12,565 nucleotides of DNA from a bacterium (GTDB lineage: Bacteria; Muiribacteriota; UBA6191), in contig JAYZAC010000118.1 in the NCBI GenBank assembly GCA_036339875.1, forward strand, positions 1 through 12,565. Reading direction: 5' to 3'. This document shows positions 1 to 5,616 of the stretch, piece after piece (the first letter of the stretch is position 1; the number at the start of each line of letters is the position of its first letter). The notes under the pieces were generated by a model that saw nothing but the letters and a program-made list of their open reading frames with translations, did no database searches and was not told the DNA's origin. Both the position numbers and the translations under genes were made by a program.

Positions 1-351
1 GAAAAACTGACTTAAAATCCAGTATAATCTTCCCTCTTCTCCCCAGCCACTCGTAGTATTACCAACTAGTAAAAATTTTTGCGTAGAATTAAATCCGGAG
101 GCTGACAAAATTTGTAACAAACGATCTACAGGATACAGTAATGAACCATGGACGGAATTTGGATCATCCAAACTAGTAACATCAAAACGTATAGAATTAC
201 GCATAACTCTTTCGTGTCTTGAGATCTGTTTTCGTAAATCAACCAGCACGCTTTTAGATACAAGCGACTCGTCAACAAAAATAGTTTCTGCACCAGAGTA
301 AGATATCAATATCCAAAATATGATTGATAGTAATGTAAATAAACGTAACAT
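1..351 (-). CDS. Exported rhodanese-like sulfurtransferase (SseA/TST-type), 5' part only; runs off the window edge
   Basis: Not in the ORF track. Manual translation from ATG at 351 is open to base 1: MLRLFTLLSIIFWILISYSGAETIFVDESLVSKSVLVDLRKQISRHERVMRNSIRFDVTSLDDPNSVHGSLLYPVDRLLQILSASGFNSTQKFLLVGNTTSGWGEEGRLYWILSQFF. It has a signal peptide (hydrophobic core, SGA cleavage), a GAGGA SD at 361-365, VLVDLR, and the GWGEEGRLYWIL motif typical of N-terminal domains of tandem rhodaneses. The catalytic domain would lie outside the window. Confidence 0.75.
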   Translation of the reverse strand, partial: MLRLFTLLSIIFWILISYSGAETIFVDESLVSKSVLVDLRKQISRHERVMRNSIRFDVTSLDDPNSVHGSLLYPVDRLLQILSASGFNSTQKFLLVGNTTSGWGEEGRLYWILSQFF

Positions 352-476
352 ATATACGATTCCTCGCGAGCCAAAATAATGACTGCTCGACTGGAGAACC
401 GTTCTTATCGTAACATTCTGTATACCCACTTAACTATGTTTATCCAAAATCTATGAAAAACAAAATTCAGAGCTAA

Positions 477-1295
477 ATGAGCGTAATCAAAATAAAATAT
501 GAACGACCAAAGATAATACTAAGTCGCTGTTTGAGAGGTGACAAAGTCCGTTACAACGGAGAGCCTTTAACGAATTCTTTATTTGTCGAACTGCAACCTC
601 ATGTAGACCTGCTAACAGTTTGTCCTGAAGTACAAATGGGAATGCCGGTACCCCGACCACCAATACAGATTCATCAATCAGAGAAACCTATTCTTTTTCA
701 ACCTAGTACAGGTGCTAATTTTTCTGACAAAATGGCCAAACTTTGTCATCAATTAAATTACTCAGGAATCGATGGCTTTCTACTCAAAGCAAGATCACCT
801 TCCTGTGGAATCATAGATACACCCCACTATTTACAACCTCCCTCAAATAAACTCAAACCGGGTCGATCAGAATTGGGTCAAGGACTTTTCACTTACATCA
901 TGAAAGAAAAATATAAAAACGTTGTATTTTGCGATGAAGATAGATTTGCTAAACCTATTTTTAGAGATTGGTTTCTGACTTCTTGCTTCTTTTCAGCCCT
1001 TCGAAGAGCAAATATTTTTGATGATTGGGTATTACCTGACACTATAGTTATTCCAAATTTGAGTTTTAGATCTTCACTATTGACTCTGTGGCCCAAAAAA
1101 CTCTACGAGTTCTACGATAAACTAGCTATTAAACTTAAATTCAAATCGAAAAATTTACCACAGTTTGCTAAAGATCCAATTAATCAGTTAAGAAATATTT
1201 TCTCTTGGCGATCAGCACCCTCAACAAAACATTTTCTCAAGGATTTTGGACCGATAATACAACCATATCCATCCCAACTCTCATACAAAAATTAA
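477..1295 (+). CDS. DUF523 (TudS, 2-thiouracil desulfidase family) [4Fe-4S] protein with a divergent DUF1722-like C-terminal region (RudS/YbgA-like fusion)
   Basis: DUF523 motifs SRCLRGDKVRYNG, VCPEVQMGMPVPRPPI, GFLLKARSPSCG and GQGLF are present, including three Cys ligands plus the Arg/Glu/Ser catalytic positions. The C-terminal QPYP resembles the DUF1722 terminus. Confidence 0.85.
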   Translation: MSVIKIKYERPKIILSRCLRGDKVRYNGEPLTNSLFVELQPHVDLLTVCPEVQMGMPVPRPPIQIHQSEKPILFQPSTGANFSDKMAKLCHQLNYSGIDGFLLKARSPSCGIIDTPHYLQPPSNKLKPGRSELGQGLFTYIMKEKYKNVVFCDEDRFAKPIFRDWFLTSCFFSALRRANIFDDWVLPDTIVIPNLSFRSSLLTLWPKKLYEFYDKLAIKLKFKSKNLPQFAKDPINQLRNIFSWRSAPSTKHFLKDFGPIIQPYPSQLSYKN

Positions 1296-1314
1296 AAAAT
1301 TTTCTGACTAAAGG

Positions 1315-1342
1315 TTGACACTTCTAAATTAACTCTTAGGAT
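1315..1342 (+). promoter_or_regulatory. Sigma70-type promoter for the secreted hypothetical protein
   Basis: TTGACA (1315-1320), 16 nt, TAGGAT (1337-1342); AAGGAG SD at 1389-1394. Confidence 0.55.
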
Positions 1343-1401
1343 GTTCGGCTATTTCAGCTTAATGATATAACTAATTCGTGTATATAATAAGGAGTTTAAG
1401 G

Positions 1402-1899
1402 ATGAAGAATTTTCTATTTGCTAGCTTAGCATGTGTATTTTTATTACCAATCAGTGCACAAGATATCGTAATTGATGGAGTTCGGCAGGGTTGGTTGAAT
1501 CACAACTGGGACTTGGTCGGTAAAGAACTTATTGTCAGAAACGGCACACCTTACATTCGTGTAGATACTCGTGGCAACTGTCGCTATGAGTATGAGCAAC
1601 AGTGCACTACTTTACCCGATGGTCAGGTAGACTGCGATACAATACCTAAATGGGTATGTGATCATAGGTCTGGTCTATTTACTCTTCCAGAAACCATTAC
1701 TACAGTAGGTAAAGAAGTTAAATATATCAATGGTGATGATAATCACAAGTTGGGAAAGATGAAGAGCTTCTTATTCTGGAAATGGGTTAAGTTGGAGAAG
1801 AATGTAGGTATTTTTAGTGATATAAAAACCGCTAAACTTATCATTCGACACGCTGTAAAGGTGCAACAAGAAATCAATTTCAAAGAACTAAACAAATAA
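1402..1899 (+). CDS. Secreted hypothetical protein with a C-x7-C-x9-C-x7-C motif
   Basis: Start moved from 1378 to ATG 1402, which has AAGGAG 7 nt upstream. Sec signal peptide MKNFLFASLACVFLLPISA. No family recognised. Confidence 0.8.
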   Translation: MKNFLFASLACVFLLPISAQDIVIDGVRQGWLNHNWDLVGKELIVRNGTPYIRVDTRGNCRYEYEQQCTTLPDGQVDCDTIPKWVCDHRSGLFTLPETITTVGKEVKYINGDDNHKLGKMKSFLFWKWVKLEKNVGIFSDIKTAKLIIRHAVKVQQEINFKELNK

Positions 1900-1905
1900 T
1901 TCTTT

Positions 1906-1952
1906 AGTAAATAATGACACTTCGATCATCAATTCGAGGTGTCATTTTTACT
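1906..1952. terminator. Probable bidirectional intrinsic terminator between convergent genes
   Basis: Stem AATGACACTTCGA (1913-1925) / TCGAGGTGTCATT (1934-1946) with one G-U pair and an 8-nt loop, extended by AGTAAA/TTTACT. T-rich flanks on both strands; overlaps the 3' end of the peroxidase gene. Confidence 0.7.
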
Positions 1953-2432
1953 TAGTAGATCCTTTATTTTTTTCTCTATCTTTAATGGTTCTGTAACTGG
2001 GGCAAATCGATCAACAACCTGCCCTTCGCGATTTACAAGAAATTTTGTGAAATTCCATTTTATGGATTGATTTCCAAGCATTCCAGGAGCCTCGGTCTTT
2101 AACCAATCGAATATCTCGTGAGTATTTTCACCATTAACTTGAATCTTCTGATTAACTCTAAAAGTTACTCCAAAGTTGTGCTCGCAAAACTCAAGATTCT
2201 GTTGAGAATCTAGTGGTTCTTGTGCACCAAACTGATTACAAGGAAATGCAATCACTGACAGTCCTGCTTCTGAATACCGTTCATGCAATGTCTGCAATCC
2301 TTTGTACTGTTTCGTAAATCCACATTTAGATGCTGTATTACATATTAATAATACGTCACCAAGGTAGTCAGATAATTTCCATTTTTGCCCTTTAAGGTCT
2401 AATAAAGGAATATTCCAAACATTTTCTTTCAT
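1929..2432 (-). CDS. btuE: Glutathione peroxidase family protein (Cys-type, BtuE/Gpx; probably thioredoxin-dependent)
   Basis: Signatures NTASKCGFTKQY, FPCNQFGAQEP and WNFTKFLV; putative resolving Cys in LEFCEHNF. Start is ATG 2432, or TTG 2441 overlapping the upstream stop (TTGA). Confidence 0.95.
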   Translation of the reverse strand: MKENVWNIPLLDLKGQKWKLSDYLGDVLLICNTASKCGFTKQYKGLQTLHERYSEAGLSVIAFPCNQFGAQEPLDSQQNLEFCEHNFGVTFRVNQKIQVNGENTHEIFDWLKTEAPGMLGNQSIKWNFTKFLVNREGQVVDRFAPVTEPLKIEKKIKDLLSKNDTSN

Positions 2433-2437
2433 ATCAA

Positions 2438-2902
2438 TCAAGCTGCCACATTAGGATTTACTGACTGCTCGCCCTCTTGAGCTTTATGAATTCTAAATTC
2501 AAATAAAACCGAAGGTCCTAAGGCTCCAAACGTATTGGTAGAGTCGACCTGTAATCTCAATTCTTCAAGTTGCTCCTCAGTTACACTAACTTTCAGATAT
2601 ATATCTAATACAATTCGTTTGATTTTTGACTTTTGTGTATCTACCAATGTGGTAACATCAGCTTGAGTTCCTACAAAATTTATTCCGTTTTTATTCCCAT
2701 ACTTGTGAATATTTTGCAGACTCGCATTACAAACAGCTGCTGCTAACAGATCTTCAGAAGAAAAATGTTGACGTTTCTGGTGCTCTGCGCGGTGAACAGA
2801 CACATTGAAACTTTTAGAACTATCTTTATGGCTAATCGATATTTCGTTAAAACTATCAATTTTAAGCTGTAACTCCTTTTTGTTCAGAGTGGTGCCATGC
2901 AT
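2438..2902 (-). CDS. OsmC/YhfA-like fold protein with degenerate catalytic cysteines
   Basis: AGGAGGT SD (2909-2915) supports ATG 2902 rather than 2923. FSSEDLLAAAV resembles the family FSPTDLLAxAL motif, and spacing through G(I)NFVG..V...KIKRIVLDI...EEQLEEL...AL.P matches OsmC-like proteins. Both canonical Cys positions are substituted. Confidence 0.7.
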   Translation of the reverse strand: MHGTTLNKKELQLKIDSFNEISISHKDSSKSFNVSVHRAEHQKRQHFSSEDLLAAAVCNASLQNIHKYGNKNGINFVGTQADVTTLVDTQKSKIKRIVLDIYLKVSVTEEQLEELRLQVDSTNTFGALGPSVLFEFRIHKAQEGEQSVNPNVAA

Positions 2903-2981
2903 AAAACTACCTCCTATAAACATTTAAAAGTTTTATATCCATCTAAATTATCGTCATTTCGCAAATCTCAAATTAAGTTTT

Positions 2982-3022
2982 TTGATACACCCTTGATATG
3001 TCGGTATTATGTCGCATATTGT
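2982..3022 (+). promoter_or_regulatory. Sigma70-type promoter(s) for the Y-family polymerase-like gene, overlapped by an 11-bp-period direct repeat
   Basis: TTGATA (2982-2987), 17 nt, TATTAT (3005-3010). A second candidate is TTGATA (2993-2998), 18 nt, TATTGT (3017-3022). TATGTCG occurs at 2997-3003 and 3008-3014. Confidence 0.5.
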
Positions 3023-3041
3023 TATTCATAAGGAGATCAAT

Positions 3042-4325
3042 ATGAATATTTTTATTTTTGTAGATATAAGTAATCAGTTTAATTCGATAAATAAAAATCT
3101 CAAGCCAGTATTAAAATCTAGAGATAATTTTATCGTTAATAGACCGCAAAAGAATCTTACCAGTTTGGTCGGTGTTGGTGGCTTTAGAAATAGGCGGGTT
3201 GTATTCATGAATCGTGCCGCTATATTAAACGGCATAAGATATGGTGAATGCTGGAATCCAAGTAAGCATCACAATATCATCTGCCTTAGTAAGCGAGAAG
3301 TGGCTAAAGCAAATGAAATACTGAATGCAGTCTCCAAATTCATAGAATCAAAGTTTGGACCTTGTGATCAACGCGAAAAAGGATTTTTTAGTTTTACCAT
3401 CTCCAAACTAGAAGATAAGATTCTGATCAAAAAGCTAGGCAAAATTCAACAAGAAATCGAGCTTAAATTTGATATTGAGTGTTCCATTGGTGCAGCTTAT
3501 GATCCAATGATTGCTCGACTATCCTGTCTTATGTCAGGTAAAAACCCAAGAATAACTAGTCGTCCATTATTAAAATCATTGATCTCACAAGCTCCATTAG
3601 AAATATTAGGTATACCGAGAAAAATTGAAAAAATATTGATAGATAAATCAATTTATAATTCCAATCTCCTTAGAGATCTTACCATATCAGAATTAAGAGA
3701 AATCCTAGATACTAAATACCAAAAATACGCATTAGACTTATTCCGAATAGTCCGCGGTATTGACCCATTTAATAAACAAATTAAAGTACCAAAAAAACAA
3801 TTATCTTATGTTATTCGTTTCGAAGAACCAATCTCTGATCCTCTAACCCTGTATCTCAGTATTGAAAATCGTTGGAGCGAATTCATATTCTTTGTACATA
3901 AATACAAAGTTCCAATTAGCAGACTTAAATGCATGTTAATTAGTCCGATGCGAGAAAATGAGAACATTTCAATAATAGATAATAAAAACGGTTCTCTAGC
4001 AAATCGTTCAAGTTGGCGCAAAGAGTTACGTGATGCAATCTATAACACTCAAATAATTAAACCTGTATTAGCCGTTAATTTAATTGCCGAGTATGGACAA
4101 GTAGCTTTTCAATACGACACGGTGGAACAATTTACTTCTACTGAGAAAATACAATCTAATTACTCTATTTCCGGTAAAGTAAACATCAGTAGTATAATTT
4201 CTAAATTACGCATGAATCAAAACAGAGTACGTAATACATCAAATGAACGAGAGACGTGGCTAAGCCAGCAGGCATTAAAGCGTAAAGATCAAAAACAGAA
4301 TGACGAATGTATTTACCAAAAATGA
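3042..4325 (+). CDS. Y-family DNA polymerase homologue (DinB/ImuB-like), predicted catalytically inactive
   Basis: Start at ATG 3042 (AAGGAG at 3030-3035). Aligns by eye with DinB throughout: FIFVDISNQFNSI vs IIHVDMDCFFAAV; GGFRNRRVVFMNRAAILNGIRYG vs GGSRERRGVISTANYPARKFGVRSA; CSIGAAYDPMIARLS vs ASAGVAPVKFLAKIA; PLEILGI, VRGID, and a little-finger domain ending PVLAVNL. The SLDE motif is replaced by EKGF. Confidence 0.85.
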   Translation: MNIFIFVDISNQFNSINKNLKPVLKSRDNFIVNRPQKNLTSLVGVGGFRNRRVVFMNRAAILNGIRYGECWNPSKHHNIICLSKREVAKANEILNAVSKFIESKFGPCDQREKGFFSFTISKLEDKILIKKLGKIQQEIELKFDIECSIGAAYDPMIARLSCLMSGKNPRITSRPLLKSLISQAPLEILGIPRKIEKILIDKSIYNSNLLRDLTISELREILDTKYQKYALDLFRIVRGIDPFNKQIKVPKKQLSYVIRFEEPISDPLTLYLSIENRWSEFIFFVHKYKVPISRLKCMLISPMRENENISIIDNKNGSLANRSSWRKELRDAIYNTQIIKPVLAVNLIAEYGQVAFQYDTVEQFTSTEKIQSNYSISGKVNISSIISKLRMNQNRVRNTSNERETWLSQQALKRKDQKQNDECIYQK

Positions 4326-4330
4326 TTCTC

Positions 4331-4388
4331 TGTACTCAAATTAAGATAATTCCGGATTCAATCATGCAAATTTGAGAACATTTTATTT
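4331..4388 (+). terminator. Possible terminator hairpin between the convergent Pol Y-like and EndoU genes
   Basis: TGTACTCAAATT (4331-4342) / AATTTGAGAACA (4369-4380), one mismatch, followed by TTTTATTT. The 26-nt loop and AT-rich stem make it weak. Confidence 0.3.
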
Positions 4389-5236
4389 CTAAAAGCCTTG
4401 GAATGCTTATATATTTTGCAAAACATAGTTCTCAGATTACCTTGAACACTATATGTCTGCCAGTAATACGTTTGTCCTCTGTAAGGCGCCGCAAAACCAT
4501 AACCACTTCGTCGAGAAAATTCCATAGCAACATGACCTACGGCGATAAGGGCTGGAGCTGATTGGCCGATATGAAATCCACCTAATTTCTTGAAGGAGTT
4601 AGGAAGTGGCCCAGACCCATCTGGGTCCCAATAAAAACTGCCTATAAAGACGTTTGAGTCTCCGATTCCTTTTTTTGAATTAACATATTTTACTAAGCCA
4701 TTTTGCTGATCCATGTAGTAACGATACCACCAATGGTAACCGCTTACCTTACGACCCTTTAATTCACCTGCAATAATGTGTTCAAAGCCCCTTCCGCTTC
4801 CAAACCAGTTGTCACGTAAGTCCTCAATTGTTGTATTCGTTCTAGCTAAAGCAACTCTGATCACCTCGAAATTACTTAGGTAGTCTATGTATGCATCTAT
4901 CTGCTTTCGTAAGCGCCGATGATCGTTACTGTTAGTACTTGGATTAAAAAGATGAATTAAATCCATAGTTTTCTTATAAGACTCTGTGGGAACAGTTTTC
5001 AACTTGCCAAATAGCTTTTGACCTTGATTCTCATGAATTTCAACTTCCAAATAGTCGCGATCTAGTCTATCGATCTCTTCGAAAACACTGGCTATAGAGT
5101 GATTATTTAATATGAATTTGGATTCAACTTGACAACTATTTGAGGCTAAAAATATTAATGAATGTATTAAGCCAATTAAAAAATAGCACTGTAGATTAGA
5201 GAGCCTGATAGTAGCTAATGAAGTACTTGAAAACAT
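4358..5236 (-). CDS. XendoU/EndoU-family endoribonuclease (eukaryote-like full-length fold), probably exported or membrane-anchored
   Basis: LRDNWF..GFEHIIAGE..KVSGYHWWYRYY..G.V.Y..F.W..KKLGGFHIGQS matches the XendoU/PP11 pattern WF..SGFEHVFVGE..SG.HNW..FY..G.V.Y..F.W..K..GS.FIG.S. His codons at 4778-4780 and 4733-4735, Lys at 4589-4591. Hydrophobic N-terminus. The GAGGGG SD favours ATG 5236 over GTG 5251. Confidence 0.85.
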   Translation of the reverse strand: MFSSTSLATIRLSNLQCYFLIGLIHSLIFLASNSCQVESKFILNNHSIASVFEEIDRLDRDYLEVEIHENQGQKLFGKLKTVPTESYKKTMDLIHLFNPSTNSNDHRRLRKQIDAYIDYLSNFEVIRVALARTNTTIEDLRDNWFGSGRGFEHIIAGELKGRKVSGYHWWYRYYMDQQNGLVKYVNSKKGIGDSNVFIGSFYWDPDGSGPLPNSFKKLGGFHIGQSAPALIAVGHVAMEFSRRSGYGFAAPYRGQTYYWQTYSVQGNLRTMFCKIYKHSKAFRNKMFSNLHD

Positions 5237-5295
5237 CGTTTTACCCCTCACGTTCCGCCATAAATACGCGCCCTGCTAATCGAACAGAACTCATA

Positions 5296-5323
5296 ATAGT
5301 AAGAAGTCTGGATTTACTGTCAA
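5296..5323 (-). promoter_or_regulatory. Sigma70-type promoter for the EndoU gene
   Basis: Minus strand TTGACA (5318-5323), 16 nt, TACTAT (5296-5301), about 60 nt upstream of the ATG. Confidence 0.6.
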
Positions 5324-5371
5324 CCCGACATAATAATAATACCGTCGCGAATTTTGAGATATTTCCAATTA

Positions 5372-5383
5372 TTTGTATACAAA
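5372..5383. promoter_or_regulatory. Perfect palindrome TTTGTATACAAA, candidate GntR/FadR-family operator
   Basis: 12-bp perfect palindrome in intergenic DNA, with a degenerate copy TTGTATGAAA at 5406-5415. Confidence 0.35.
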
Positions 5384-5482
5384 AATCTTAAAAAAGATCG
5401 AATAATTGTATGAAATTTTTTGATATGGATTGAACTTATGAACCTATTGAAGTCTTTGAAAAACTGATAGATACACTCGTAA

Positions 5483-5590
5483 CTAGTGCTTCGAAGGGCG
5501 TTCAAAAGACATGTCTACCATAAGGTCACATACAGAGAATGAGGCAATAAAAATAAAAAGAAATAACAGGGCATCTAAACCAGTTTTCAT
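5483..5590 (-). CDS. Candidate 35-aa single-pass membrane peptide
   Basis: MKTGLDALLFLFIFIASFSVCDLMVDMSFERPSKH*, starting 26 nt after the HEAT/Sel1 stop on the same strand. Has a hydrophobic helix but no SD. Confidence 0.35.
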   Translation of the reverse strand: MKTGLDALLFLFIFIASFSVCDLMVDMSFERPSKH

Positions 5591-5616
5591 TATATTTAGT
5601 TCATAAAAAATAGATA

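Noticed and set aside
436..476. Two tiny uORFs (MFIQNL*, MKNKIQS*) leading into the DUF523 ATG
   Set aside because: Expected by chance in AT-rich DNA; no SD or attenuator structure.
893..1096. 67-aa minus-strand ORF
   Set aside because: Lies entirely antisense within the DUF523 gene, with no motif.
2322..2324. Possible selenocysteine in the glutathione peroxidase
   Set aside because: The active-site codon is TGT (Cys), not TGA.
3806..4021. 71-aa minus-strand ORF, considered as an EndoU immunity gene
   Set aside because: Antisense inside the Pol Y-like gene, more than 330 nt from the EndoU stop, with no recognisable features.
5430..5470. TGAA repeated every 8-9 nt
   Set aside because: Too short and degenerate to be a CRISPR array, iteron set or tandem repeat.
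5320..5505. 61-aa minus-strand ORF
   Set aside because: TTG start without SD, no motif, and it runs across the operator-like palindromes into the EndoU -35 box; more likely regulatory DNA.
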